A stretch of DNA of 64,000 nucleotides from Cirrosporium novae-zelandiae (Eukaryota): the NCBI GenBank assembly GCA_026023565.1, contig JAPETS010000010.1:620001-684000 (forward strand). The letters run 5' to 3'. Below are positions 1 through 13,261 of this stretch, piece by piece. The first letter of the stretch is position 1. Each line of letters begins with the position of its first letter. The translations under genes were made by a program, and so were the position numbers. The notes under the pieces were generated by a model that saw only the letters and a program-made list of their open reading frames with translations, did no database searches and was not told the DNA's origin.

Positions 1-415
1 AGTCATCTTCAAAGGCATCAGAGGGAAGATCATCAAGCAAGGCAGCTGTATCGATTATCGGCTGTTGAGTAGTGGACGATGACGCAAGAAAAGTATTGTC
101 TGATGGGGGATTTATCGGTTGAGATTGGAAAAGATTTTCAAGTATTTCAGGATGTTTTGTTATATGAACCATATCCTTTGGTTTAGCCATCTTGAACTTT
201 TGTCTGTCACCTCCAGTAGATCTAGTCTTGGCTGCCCTAGGTTGGGGGGATATTGATCCATCATTGTGGAGGTTGGTTGTTTTATCCAATCTACGTTTCT
301 TGGGCGGTCGAGGGGAGGACGAAGCTAGATGAGGAGATTGGTCAGTAGAGAAGTGTGAGAACGTGGAAAGTCATTCGTATCTCTAGTTAACTATGTACTT
401 ACTATCAGAATCCAT
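1..415 (-). CDS. 5' end (runs off window) of probable FANCM/Mph1-like DNA helicase
   Basis: ATG at 415, 13-nt exon, intron 402-325 (GTAAGT..CTGAC..TAG), then an open frame to the window edge: MDSDTSSSPRPPKKRRL...LLDDLPSDAFEDD. The PRPxKxRR and DLPSDAF motifs resemble Pezizomycotina Mph1 N-termini. The helicase core is not in the window. Confidence 0.45.
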
Positions 416-466
416 GGGGGTGGAGTCGAGGTGAGGACCAAAAACTTCCAAGTAACTAATGAAGTC

Positions 467-500
467 ACGCGTCGGTGGGAGAAGGAAGACGCGCCGCGAG
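467..500. promoter_or_regulatory. MCB-like elements (ACGCGT plus CGCG cores) upstream of the putative repair helicase
   Basis: ACGCGT at 467-472 and further CGCG cores at 489-500, about 50-85 nt upstream of the ATG at 415. Confidence 0.4.
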
Positions 501-1536
501 AATAGACTACTCGAGTATAGTCAAAAGGCGCCAATGAAAAGTAGAGTTATTTCTAGAGGGGCCAATAATAACAAGGTTAAGAGGGTTCGGAGAAAACAAA
601 ACCCCAGGTTTAACGATGTAAAGAAAAGAGGGAAAAAGGTTAAACCAATCCTTAGCCTTAGTTATTACAACCCCGGGTTTTTTAATTCGACTTGGCAGTT
701 TGACTTATAAAAGACGGACTAATTAATTAAACTAAAAACAGGCAAAACTAAACACGACGTAATAAAAGAATAAAATACTGTCATAGTTGTACTATGTAAT
801 TAATTAACAGGTGGATCCCTTTTTTTCAGCTCTCATTCCACAACTGTTTGTTGTTCCATGCTTCGTTTCACTACTCTAACAGTACAGTCCAGTACAGTAG
901 AGTACAAGTGCAGTGCAAATATTGTACGTGGCACGATATGAATTGGCTATCTCCTTGTTAAAGGAGAGTAGTAATAACCCATCTCCAACTCATCATTATT
1001 TATTATTATTATTATATGTGTGTCTCATAACTTGGGATGGAGGAGTACCTTAGATTTGTCCCACATGGGACTGATCAGAGAGGAAGTTCGGCGATACTAC
1101 CTAGGTACTTTTGTACACATACCTCTGACCTACTGCTGTATGGTGTAAGTATTTTGTACCTGACAAGAGAGATGGGGACCCGAAGCAGATCTGAATCCCC
1201 ACGAATGGAAACACGCCTAGAAATTTCGCCCCTGCCCGGCAAAGGAACTAAGTCAGAATTCTTGATGATTTGGGTAAATAGAAAACCAAACAGCACAAGC
1301 GAAACGTTAACACATCGTCTGACCCTTCTCTCCACCCATAAAAAGCTCTTCCCCGAGTCTTCCTTAAAAGTCTTTTGCTTTCTTTCCAATTTCGTTGATC
1401 CAAAAACAAATTTGTTTTCATTTACACACTCGTTAGCGCTCAGCGTTACTCAGTAATAATATTTATTGCTCTGCTTCCCTCTGCTTTCCCTCAATCGCTA
1501 AGGAACAGATCTTTTCTCCAAAATATCAAAATCACA

Positions 1537-2186
1537 ATGAAGTTCTCCGTTCTTCTCGTTGCCTCTGGCCTTGTTGCATTCGCTTCTGCCGCTACAACCG
1601 CCGAAGCCAGCGCATCCATTACCTCTGGTGCCACTGGAACCTCCATTTCTCTCTCACCTACTGCATCTTGCGTTGCTGCCTGTGGGTTGTCCTCAATTGC
1701 AAGTTATAGTTACCATACTGATCTTCATTTGTTTAGGTGATGCTGGGGATGTAACCTGTGAAGCCAATTGCTTGGGTGCTGCAGCTCCCAACTCGGCCAT
1801 GGTGAATGCTACTACTGAGTGCGCTGCCGCATGTCCACAAGGCAATGGTACCGAGGCGGAAACCTCGGCGTATGCCGCATGCCAGCAAAGCTGCATCAGT
1901 TCTCTGTACTTCAGCACCAGTACTGCCGCTGCAACTGGCACCGGGAAGTCTGGATCTAGTTCCGCCACCACCACTGGTTCCTCTTCTGGTACGTTCTGTC
2001 TGGACATAATATGAATTCCACTAACATGATATAGATTCGACAGAATCTGGCTCTAGCGGCTCTAGCAGCTCCGAGAGCGGTTCCGCTGCATCTGCCTCCT
2101 CGACTGGCAATGGCGCTGGCATTGTCCAAGTTGGCACCTCCGCTGTTGGTATCATCGGTCTTTTCCTAGCTGCTGTGGCCTTGTGA
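1537..2186 (+). CDS. GPI-anchored Ser/Thr-rich cell-wall protein with 8-Cys N-terminal domain (3 exons)
   Basis: Signal peptide MKFSVLLVASGLVAFASA; Cys pattern CVAAC..CEANC..CAAACPQGNG..CQQSC; Ser/Gly-rich stalk; omega-like NGAG and hydrophobic tail IIGLFLAAVAL*; introns at about 1683-1737 and 1989-2033. Confidence 0.85.
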
Positions 2187-4861
2187 AAGCCTTTCGCTCT
2201 TGGTTGAGCCCACGTTTGCATTGTCCATTTTTTCGATTATAATCCAACATGAAAGGGGAATTATGAAGGATGAGTCGCTTGTTAAGAGCATAATATGAGG
2301 ATGCATTGATTAATTGAATTGCATTTGGACGGCTGCGCATGGCAAAATGAAACTTTTTTTCCTCGGATCTGTCCATCGGCGGTTGTAATTAGCAATGTAC
2401 CGTCAGTCAGCTCGGAAAAAAAACAATCAATTCTTCCATTGTATTATTGATTTGCATTGTTGTTATTATTATTATTATTATTGTTGTTATTAAGCTACAT
2501 TGGTTAACCAAATGTAGCTCAATAACTTTAGTTTAAACCTCTCAGTAAGCTTTTATGCGCGAACGACTTAAGCTCCATAATTTCCCCAGATCGCCACATT
2601 TTAAATTTTCTTACTTTTTGGCTTGCATGTCGCATTGCATCCGAATCATTTTCCAATCAATCAATTCACCCACCCACAAAGATATCCCACCCCTTGGTAC
2701 CTCAAAAGTTGCTTTTTTCAATTTGCACCTTTGGGATAAGTAAAGATTACCAAAAAACAATTACTTAAAGTTGGCATTATTATCCCGTTACGCGTCTTTG
2801 ATTATCTTCTTCTCTCAACGTTCTACTATGTATACGTAGCAGCATCATCTTCGAGCTAAATGATGGGACTCCATCCTCCATCCTTTGTAAGTCTTGCGAA
2901 ACGCAAACCTAATTGAATCCCTTAAACAAACCATAATTAGCATGACTTCTGTTACCTAACGTCCGAACAGAACCACCGACCGGGGATGGGGTAAAAGCAA
3001 AAAAAAACTAAGACTTCTCTCATATTTGCATCTCATCCATTGCCGCATGTAGCTAATGAATTGATTAGTCTATTTATTTGTTTATTTCAATGTTGATAAA
3101 CTCTCTCTCCCAGTCCTTAGAGGTTTTTCTACTTCTTCCTTTTATAACAAAGGTTAACCTAAAATCTTTTCGGTTTAACTAAATAAAATAACATTTCAGT
3201 CAATTTTAATTAATTCCGAACTTTATATTTGTTTTTAAATTTCATGTCAATTAACATTCGTGTTATGATTGATAATAGTGTATCAGTTATCTCTCTATTC
3301 CATTCCAATGATGCCTTCTTTCTCCTCTCAATAATTATCCACTCATTGTCGCAATTACAGCCATCTCCCGTAATATACATATATATGCTGTACAGACCAC
3401 ATTCGGTTCGGAAGAAGCAAATCTAAGAATCAACACGGAACGATCCCAGAAGCCACAAAACCTTTAACCAGATGATGGAGGAAGGAGTGCTGAAACAAAC
3501 GAATTAGTGATGTAAAAAAAGCACTGCACTCGATGCCAAATATCACTACGAGTTGATATTCTTGAACATCTTTCCTAGGCTTTTGTGAGCTATGGAATCC
3601 CTCAATAAAAGAACACGGTCATTAGTTGATCCAGTTCGAAATGTTCATCTGGTTCGAAATTTCGATCTTTTAATTCGAAAGCTTAGTCCAATTGAAAATT
3701 TCCACCTGATTTAGAATTTTCATTCGATTCAAAGTTTCAGTTCAAAGCTTTTATCCACTGGTTCTTGACCATTGAAAAGAACCTGTAGATCGTTGTTTTT
3801 GAAAATCATATTCTCCTAGTAAGTTCATTTTGTATGCCCGGCATCCGTTTAAAGATTTGTTGATGGACCGTTTCACTTTCATAATATCCAGAGCTACTAC
3901 CCAACTGCCCGATCGTACATGGATATAGCTGCTTCGAGGAAAATAGCCGTGGAACCACGTTGATAATTGGCTCCGACATTCATGGGTAGCTCGTATTATA
4001 TGGTTGACATATGAAGCGAGGTGTCACCGAAGTTGTCTTCAAAAATTTCCCCCGAAAGGTGTATGCTGGATGGTATTCTAAGTATCGACACCGAGTGGTC
4101 GGACTTTAGGAACTTGAGGTGGAACAAGTAATACTAGGCTAGGCTTCCCGATATTCCCAATGATCCGCCTAATGGGATATATAGGAGTTGTACCTGAGGG
4201 ATATAACCGCATTTCGCTCGCCATAAAGATAGACTCCTTGTGGAAGGTGGCCACCATGCTTTCTATTCAGGAAACATCTAATTCCATGTCACTAATCTCA
4301 AATTGTATAATACAATAGAAAATCTGGGTCAGGAGATTGGGTCCACGCTCGGTTGACTCGGGCTAAGTAACCCAGCTTAAAGTACGCAAAGACTGTGATG
4401 TTACCTCCAGGTCGACTCCAGCCCCCACAAACATAAAATATCTTCTACCATACGCAAAGCTCCAAGGGATTCAAAATAATATCTTTTTACCCTTAATCGA
4501 GGAAAGCAAAGGATAAATCCAAATGCATCCCACCGCTACCATTGCATCCACCGCCCACCCCCAACCCGCACCCACCAAGATCGAAAATGACGAACCCATC
4601 GAAACCCTATCTCTCAAGGATAGTACTACCTCAGATGAACTCGAGGCGCTGGGTTCCTATCATCAGGTATAATGGGGTTTCGCAAGTTAACCACTAGAGA
4701 AGTATTGTATGACCGTACCCTATAAACCACATCACAAGAGAGTTGCCCAGCCTCGAAGAAACTGGACTCTATCGTCTATATTGGTCATCGGTTCCAAGAG
4801 AAGTTAAGCATTGGTTAAGCTAAATATGGGGATGGATGATACTGAGGCAAGGCAAGAAAGT

Positions 4862-5870
4862 TCAAACATCTTCTTTATCCAAATAATATGAGTCTGGTAA
4901 GTTTTTCTCGATGATACCTGCATTGCGAGTCTTGATGACTAGATCTCCATAATATCGAAGGTAAGCTAACGGGAGAGACCAGTAGGCACCATCATCCGCG
5001 TCCTTCTGGCGGTTTTGTAATCCGATTGTATCAACCCCTCCTAGGTTGATTAACGGATAATTCTGTCTAATCAGCCGAAAGAAACTCCCGCTAAGCGCCG
5101 GCAAATTTGGAAAAGGTACCACGAGGAGAGTCCGACTCAAAGATCGCCCCTTTGAATCCATTGCGACCTTCCAAGTATAAGGCCTTCAAGTGCGCACAGC
5201 GCTTTACGTCAAGTTTCGATAATAGAAGTATAAGTATCCCTTTGACTCGATACCCAAAAAGATATGTCGTCTATAATAAGCCCCAACTGTGCTTGCTGAA
5301 CTTTCATCGCTTCATTTACTGTGCGAGGCTGCAATCTCTATGGCCTAATGTTAGCATATTTTCATTAGAGAGCTATGCATGGATTAAAGGATGTCGTTGA
5401 ATTTATAGATATAAGAGATATATAAACTGACCAAGCGCTGGCATCCCACCCGTTTAGCTATGCTCTACTTATTTGAATGCAGGACGTAAGGGACGAAACA
5501 TGAATGTAAGTTAGGCTATGATTGTTCTGAGAAAGCATGTGCCTTTGCTCCACCAATTGACTCCAGATAGACACTGCCTCAGATCGAGGCCAAATGTGTG
5601 CCAGCATGCAAGTAAGCATGTGGATAGTGACCATCTTACCTCTTGATGTCGTGGTAGCCCATATACTTGTGCCATCGACACCCACATAATCCTCAAATGC
5701 CCTATTACTATAGACTTGGTGCCTTTTGGATTCAAGCCAGGAATCTCTGCAATCTCAGCAACCCAATAGCCATATACTCAAATCAGATTTAACACGTCAG
5801 GCAGAACCGATTCCAAAAGCGCACGGAGCTCCTTCGCCGTTGTGTGACAATTCCCATCCTCGCCCAGCCA
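4862..5870 (-). pseudogene. Decayed gene of a widespread uncharacterised fungal protein family (GxDGTSIWAAATS / YWSLPLAxLRYYG motifs); may extend to about 3400-6020
   Basis: Frame-hopping translation EDGNCHTTAKELRALLESVLP..LI*VYG..VGVDGTSIWATTTS..HMLTCMLAHIW..SIWSQLV..WDASA..GGVDTIGLQ..YWSLPLAYLRYYGDLV, with in-frame stops and frameshifts. Confidence 0.7.
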
Positions 5871-6222
5871 CCCTAGCTATCAGGAGAGTTTAGTGTTAGT
5901 TACCGACTTCTAGGGGTACTTTCTCAAGCCACTCCGGATACTTTTATACTGTACTCAGAGATCGGAGAACGAAGCCACAGTTGTTTAGGGTGACTTTATT
6001 GTCTAGGTAACGTATGGTTGCATGAGAAAGTAAACTTCTGGGCCATCCTGGTTTACTCTACAAAGAACTGATAGTACAATACAGCCCAGAGGATAGATAC
6101 TCTTCCTTGTTGAAAGTGGTATTAGATAATAATCGCCATGGGCTTGCTCCTGCTAACTCCTAACTTACATCTCTCCTACAGTATTATGTCAATATGAGAA
6201 TATCTCGGTATTAATCAATACG

Positions 6223-8447
6223 CTAAAGTTGGCGCGGGCCAACCACATCTACAACGAATACGGGGGCTTGTTTCTTCGTCTCCTCAAACATTCTTTCATT
6301 TTTTGGTAGGCGAAGAACGACTCGGACTCCTAATCGTTCCACAAAAATACATTTCTGTCCTGGAGGTTCTGGGATCACTGAAACTATATCTGCAGGGCAA
6401 AGAATATCCTCAGTAATTGGCTGCTGCGTGATGAGTGCCAGATGGCCTTTTTGGAAAGGCAGTTTATCATCAGGTGCAAGATTGTTTGATATTCTCCCAA
6501 TCATTAATGGAGTTTCGCAAGTCTTTTCGTATACCATTACATGACCAAAGGACAGGAGATCGGATTTAGGTGAGAAGAGCAATCCACCAAGTTTCACCTG
6601 CAAACCTCCATCCGTTATTTCCGAATCTCTACGTCCTTCCAAACGGGGCGGATCCTCATTCTGTCTGAGAAATGAACAAGGTGCCCATCCAAATCCTGAT
6701 AAACTTAAGCGTTCGCCGCCGCTGAAAAGAATTAAGGAAGATATTTTTTTTCATCGTAGAAAGAAATACCGCCATCCTCCCGTCACATATCTCCTCATCA
6801 CTAAGCAGTCCTTCATCGTCTGCAATCTCAAATAATGGACCTATATTAAATCCGAGTAAGGTTGTAAGGTATATTGTCTCATCGGAACTCTTACTGGTCC
6901 TTCGATGTGACAGCTCCTGCAGTAAACCATCAAAGCCTTTAGATAATACTCGGGCATATAGAGACTTCCAGATGGTATAGCAAGTAGAAATCAGCTCTGT
7001 CTCCGGTTCAACTTTCAGCCGATATTCAAATAAACGACACAAATCATCAAACACAATTATTCCGCCGTGAATAGGAATCAAGACCTTTTTAGTAAAAACG
7101 CTTTCTTGCAGGGTCTAGAGTCGACCATACCAGGTGCTAAGCATGATCTTGATCATAAATTTAACCTCGGTCATGGTAGGATTTTGTTCTCGACCTATCG
7201 ACCTCAAGTCTCTATCAAGAACCACAACTCCAGTAGCACCAGCGAAAGTTTCCCTCATCTTAGTGATAGCCTGCTTCCTTAAAGGCTTCGCGTCTAGGTG
7301 TGTGGAAACACATAATGTATCCATCCAAAACCAATGGGGTTGGTTGGGCATAAAACATTCTCTGCCGTTGATGTTGCTCATTGCAATGCCAGGGTGAAAT
7401 TCTGCACAACAGTTCACAATATACTGCAGCCATATCAACTGGGAGACTGGAAGAGTATTTGCCAAAGGATTTCCTAATCCGTGAGACCAGACATGTGATA
7501 TCGCCATGTAAGGCTGACCATTCTCAGCTTTGGCAGCCTCTATTTTGAAGTGATTCCCCTCCTGAGCAACTACCCAGCAAATAGGAATTCCACTACTACG
7601 AATTATTTCTTCGATATCACATCCAGGAGGTCCTAAGAATCGGCAATTGGGAACTGAACATTGTGAGCTTTGTGGGTCTTTATGTAAAGTTTGATACTCC
7701 TCGTCTTTCATCTGAGAGACTGCAGAAATTCTGATTACATGATGAATGATCTGCCGAGTTCCCAAGTGTACCAAATGGACCAAAAGTATATACAACGTAA
7801 AGGAGGTCATTGTTCTCAACTTTTAGGCGGGATACCACACTTGGACACCATCCCTCTTCTCACATTTTCTGTGGCAAGAAACGAAATCTTGGCCAGCGGA
7901 TTCCACGAAGGGCATTCTCATCAATGCTCTCGTATATGTCTTTACATACCTGATGAAGTGAAATCTGACATGAAAGTAGTGATAAGAAAATCGGTCCCAG
8001 TTTTGGATCATTGGCATACGAACTGAACATGTGCAAACAATCAGTAGAAGCGGTGAAAAAGGAGCCAATCTGTTTTAAACGAAATGTTTTCCCAGCTATC
8101 CCTTGATTTTCTTTATCTCGTAGTCGATGCAGATAGCCAAGCAAGGCAGCTGTTGACAAACGTGGATCGCCATCTTCATCTCTTTTGATGAGGCCCTCTG
8201 GTGGAAACTGAAGGTCGCTTAATCGCAAGACTTCGGTAAACAATCCAAAGCAGAGCCAGGTCTGGAAGAATTGAGTAAGTTTCAGTCGATCAGAAGCAAT
8301 TGTGTCATTGCGGCGTGCTTGAATGATTGGGTTTTTGAAATCCAAGCCACAGCGAATTGGATAGTCCAAGAAGGTTCCTTGATCCCATTGAAAGCCTTCA
8401 AGATAGGGGATAGTTAGTGACGTGATAAGAATCCCAGGGATTATCAA
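6223..8447 (-). pseudogene. HET-domain (heterokaryon-incompatibility-type) gene with 2 nonsense codons and 2 frameshifts
   Basis: YMAISHVWSHGLGNP, FWMDTLCV, RKQAITKMRETFAGATGVVVLD, WYGRL*TLQE, GFGWAPCSF; N-terminal FFQTWLCFGL and GWCP. Lesions: TGA 7860-7862, frameshift near 7720, TAG 7115-7117, extra base in T8 run 6744-6751. Confidence 0.85.
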
Positions 8448-8954
8448 GGTACTGGGTCACGTGCAAGTGCATAAAAGTTGGTGAAATGAATAAACAGCTG
8501 GTCCAAGCTTTTTTATGACGTCAAGGATAGGTTTAGTAATAATTAAGCCTTTTGAGGGAAATGTCTAAAGCTTGGAAATGATGGAAGTGATGGGAAATGG
8601 TGGGAAATGTTGGAACCAGTGACAGATTGGTAGATTGGCACATTGGCACATTGGTCGTCTTTTTTTACTTTCACCACCAACATCAGGGATCCTTTGAACT
8701 TTTAGAGGATGAAAGAATAGACTACCAAGGTTACTCCAGTACACAACAAATATTAGCTTTTATTCATCGCTTACGGAAGGTAGACTTTTGCTTAATTATC
8801 TAATTCCTTGTTACTGCTTGCTACTACTTGTTGGTACGTGTTTCACAATACATGGATGGAATAATCTTTCGTTTTTGAAGTTCTTTTTTATCAGAAACAG
8901 TCATTTCACCCACCACCTAAGATAATCAATCCTCACCTTCTTCATCACGCCTCC

Positions 8955-10920
8955 ATGGACCCCATTGAGCATGCCAATGACTCTAACCATCATGCAATCA
9001 CAGCTCATCCATCTACATCCAGTCTATCCTCATCTCCATTCCCAGTGACCCCCACTTCTCAACAAAATAACCCACTTAGACCCGTTAGACCAACGTCATC
9101 GCGTACACGAGCACCAAGCATCCGGATACGGCGATTTCCTTCAGCACAATCGGTTGAGAATCTCATTACCCAGAGCGAGAATGCCCGTCGCAATGATGAT
9201 GATGGGCGACGTCGAAGCAGCTCAGAGCCCCAGCGCCCACAATGGCTTACCGCACCTGTTGCTGTGCTCGAAAGACCTGCGACGAGACAATTGCATATGC
9301 CATCTGTAGCTGAAGAGACATCTAATCTGGGTCTTGCAGCACCCCAAGATGGTACTGGCAGCGTAATTCAGGGTCTGGCGCCGCCTCCGAGGAATCCTGG
9401 AAGATTTCGCAGAGCCAGCGTAGCTGCAGGGTCCGCGTTGGGCCTGTATCGTGATGCAGCTACGGAACGCAGGATTTCCGTGCCAGTGGAGCCCACATAC
9501 GAGTATGATTCGCGGATTGTTGATCTACTTGATGTTGTTGGTGAGTGACTTTGAGAAGCCATTAAGGTTGACACCAAAACTGATTGGCCCAGATCCTGAA
9601 ATAGCTACCCTTTCCACCCTTACGAACGTTCAAAATTCTCTCTTTATTCCTGACCTGGGTAGATTCCTTAACCGGAGGCCAACCTACACCCTCACACGTC
9701 GCCCGGCTGGTATACCAGATGTCGACGTATCAGGTGGTGACGGGGGGGCAGAACCCCAGAGGCCTGAAGCCCGACCAACGGCACCGCGTACCCACACGCT
9801 TGATACAATTACATCTACACTCAGCGAGTCACGTTATGCAGTCTTGCCCCATGGCGCCTCGTTGGAAGGCTGGAGTTTAGAGGACAAGCAAGAACTCAAT
9901 GATCATGTTAGACATATGCTGCATTCACGCAGATCCAGATTCAAGCGTTCCCTCAAGGGGTTCGGACAATATGTTAAAAGGCGTAAGTAAAATGTGGAAC
10001 AAGGGAATAGGTATGAAATTAAAAAAGCTAACTGGCCTACACAGCTCTTGGGTTCCTCGTTACTTTATACGCGACCCTGATCACCCTCTTCGGTCTTGCC
10101 TGGGTCTTGTTTCTTATCGGTATGTTGCAATTCCAAAGCTCTTGGGAATCACAAGACATAAAGTACATATCAGTGCAAGGACTAACTAGAAATCATCGCG
10201 ACAGGTTGGATCAACGTCGGAGGGCGCCAACTGTACATCATCAATGTGATTGACAATGTCCTCGTCGCACTATTCGCAATAATGGGCGACGGACTCGCAC
10301 CCTTCCGTGCTGTCGATACATACCACATGATTTTCATCGCTCACTACCATCACCTCACCTGGAGCTTACGGAAGAAAAAGGAATTGCCAAAGTTAGAAAA
10401 CAAAAATGACCTCCCTTCTAAAGAGGAAGCGGATGTCGATGTCGATGTTGAAGACATGGCGGGTAGTGATGAGCAGCAGGAATTCAGTGTACTCACCTCG
10501 AAACAGCAACAGCGCCTCACGCATCACCAAAACAAATTTTCCAAATCGCACACGTTTTATAAACCTCACGAAACAACAACTCACTACGCCTTCCCCGTCC
10601 GTCTCCTAATAACTATCGTCGTTCTGCTAGACTGCCATTCACTATTTCAAATAGCGCTGGGGACATGCACATGGGCGATAAACTATCACGTCCGCCCCTT
10701 TGCCCTAACAACCGTTATCCTATGCTGCTCAATCACCTGCAATGTCACCGGCGGAGTCTTAATTTCCATAGGCGATCACAAAACCAGGAAGAAGGACGTG
10801 GTTGAAAGGATGCTACGACAGGAATTGACAGAAGAGGCAATGACAAAATTAGAGAAGAAGAAGGAGAAAGAGAGGACCAAGACGGATGATGACTTGGAAG
10901 AAGCTCCAGACCCGTCGTAA
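8955..10920 (+). CDS. Integral membrane protein, DUF2985-like (4 exons)
   Basis: Disordered N-terminus, YDSRIVDLLDVVDPEIATLSTLTNVQNSLF, LGFLVTLYATLITLFGLAWVLFLIGW, DNVLVALFAIMGDGLAPFR, LLDCHSLFQ; introns at about 9542-9592, 9983-10043 and 10120-10204. Confidence 0.75.
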
Positions 10921-11466
10921 AATTTATCTAGCTATCCAAAGTTCGATATTTTCTTGTTGTGTGAGGGTGGGAGCGAGAACGAGATAAACGATATCCTGAA
11001 AAGAAACGGCTGATATCGGCGGAACAGTCGGCTGGTTGGCTGGTCGGGGATGGTTATAATGTAATAAATATATAGATTTAGCGCTATGGGATGGGATAGG
11101 GATGAATTGACCTAAGGGGCTACATTAATGATTGCCGGTTCGGGTTCGGTTATAGGTAACGCCTTTATTGTATCTTTAGCTAGTTTAGTACATGAATGAT
11201 GTTTGTGAAGGCTTAGGTCATATAATATAATAACATTGACGCTTTGAAAGGGAATTATTCATCACCACCATCTCCCTTTCCCCTTCCCCCTTTACAAAAT
11301 TTTTTTTCCACCAAAGGAGTAGTAAATGATATAGCTAGTTAAACCCAACCCTCCCTTATTACACATTTACTAGTGCACGAAACTTGAGTCAAGGTATGAA
11401 TGGCATACGATGCCCAATTGATATCAGTGAAAATCCCACACCACCACCCCCTATGTTCCCCATCCC

Positions 11467-12672
11467 TCAAATCCACTTCCTCAAATACTCTGCCAGCGCC
11501 ATAACCGCCATAGCCTGCCCATACGGCATCGCAGTCCTCGGAACCTTCCTATAAAAATCCAAACTCTCCCCCATGGCCGTCCCAAAGCTAACATTCAGCA
11601 GCTCCCCCTTCTCATTAATATTCTCCAGCACGGCGCGGACCGCGGTCTCGGCGGTGCGGTTATACTCGCGACCCAGGTATCGTTTGCGCTGGGCTTTGAG
11701 GATCCCGTAGGCGAACCCCGCGGTGGCGGAGGCTTCGAGGTAGGAACCTGGGTCTGTTTGGTCGAGGAGGGTGTGCCAGAGGCCCGTGGTAGGATCTTGG
11801 TGGCGTTGGAGGGAGAGGCATTGGGCTTCTAGGGTGTCCAGGAGGTGGAGGCGGATGGGGTCGGTGGGGGGTAAGGAAAGGAGGTCGATGAATTCGGGAA
11901 TGGCGATTGTGAGCCAGCTGTTGCCGCGGGCCCAGAGGGCGCGGGCGAAGTTGTGGCCGCCGTTTTCGAAGGTCCAGCCGTGGTAGAAGAGACCTGTGGA
12001 GGTGTCGAAGAGGTATTTGATGTGGAGTAGGAATTGGCGCTTCGCTTCGTCGATGTAGTGGGGGCGGTTGAGCACCAGGCCGATCTTTGCGAGGGGCAGG
12101 ACTGTCATCATCAGGGTGTCGTCCCAGAGTTGTTGGGTGTTGGTAGTGATGTATGTGACATGCTGGAAGCCACCGTAGGAGGTTCGTTCCAGATCGTGCA
12201 TGGCCCATTCGCCCCACGCGTCGAGCCAGGGGAGGTAGATGATGTTGTGGGTTTTTTCGTACACGTGGGCGAGTGTGAGGAAGACGGCCATGGTGTTGAT
12301 GTTTTTTGAGGTGCCGCCCGCGGCGAACCGGTCGTGGAACCAGGATTCTATGATTTTGAGGAGCTCTTCATCACCTGTTTGCTCGTAGTATTTCCAGATG
12401 CCGTACAGGCCGATGCCGTGTGTCCATTCCCTGGTTGAGCGAGTGAGCTTTGTGAGAATATGGTTAGGAGTTGGTGGTTGGATTTATCTTATTACCTACC
12501 AGTCATTCCATCCCTTGGTGTCAATTATGCGTCCATCGGGCAGATATAGGAGAAATTCTCCTCCTTCATCTTTGATATTGACGAGGTTGTTGATCAGAAG
12601 CCGAATGGCTTTGTGGATATCGCCTTGGTTAACCGGGCCAGGAGCTGGAGAGGGGGAGGTAGGAGGAGACAT
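11467..12672 (-). CDS. GH105 unsaturated rhamnogalacturonyl hydrolase (YteR/UrhG-like), no signal peptide
   Basis: IIDTKGWNDWEWTHGIGLYG, KNINTMA, LWDDTLMMTV, FYHGW, WARGNSW, YLEASATAGFAYG, MPYGQAM; ATG at 12672, intron 12499-12431. Confidence 0.9.
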
Positions 12673-13261
12673 GGTCAGTTAACGGATATATAAAATAAAT
12701 AATAACAAACATTTTATTTAATATTAATAGAGGCCCATTGAAGATGGAAACATGTCAAAATATCTATCGGGTGTATGTATGTAAATGTCGCAAAGTGGAT
12801 CCTTTGGATATCGGCAACTCGGTGATTCGGACAAATAATGAGTGCAGCAAGAAAACGAAAAGGCTCACTTTCGATATCCATGTTGGGCAATAGTGCTAGC
12901 GCATATAGAAGTCATAGAGGGGGCCTTTCGGGTAAAGAATTCAGGTAATAGTAATATAGCTGATGGCTAGAGAAGGTGATGATCTGATGCTTTGTAAAGT
13001 GTCTAAATGTATGAATCTGAGATCAATAAAGTTGTTTGAAGGGATGAGTTAATCCAGGTCATGTTCCTGGTCCCATCCAGGAATGCCGGTTACGAAGGTC
13101 ACACAAGCAAGGTACTGTCTTGAGTGTCAAGTTTTTGATCCTTCGCCAGATGTCTTTCACCGACAAGAGCGAGTCAGATGATTCAAATGATTCAAATGAT
13201 CCAGATGCTTCAGACTAATATGTGGACAGTCCGTCCCTCGGAAGAGCTACCCCGACACCCC

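Noticed and set aside
459..710. 83-aa Lys/Arg-rich ORF
   Set aside because: Lies in an A-rich promoter region with no motif; composition explains it
7722..7740. GT..AG segment that would repair the HET frameshift if spliced
   Set aside because: Only 19 nt, far too short for a fungal intron, and it would delete probable conserved Cys residues
11660..12217. 185-aa Pro/Arg/His-rich alternative-frame ORF inside GH105
   Set aside because: By-product of C-rich codon usage in the real gene
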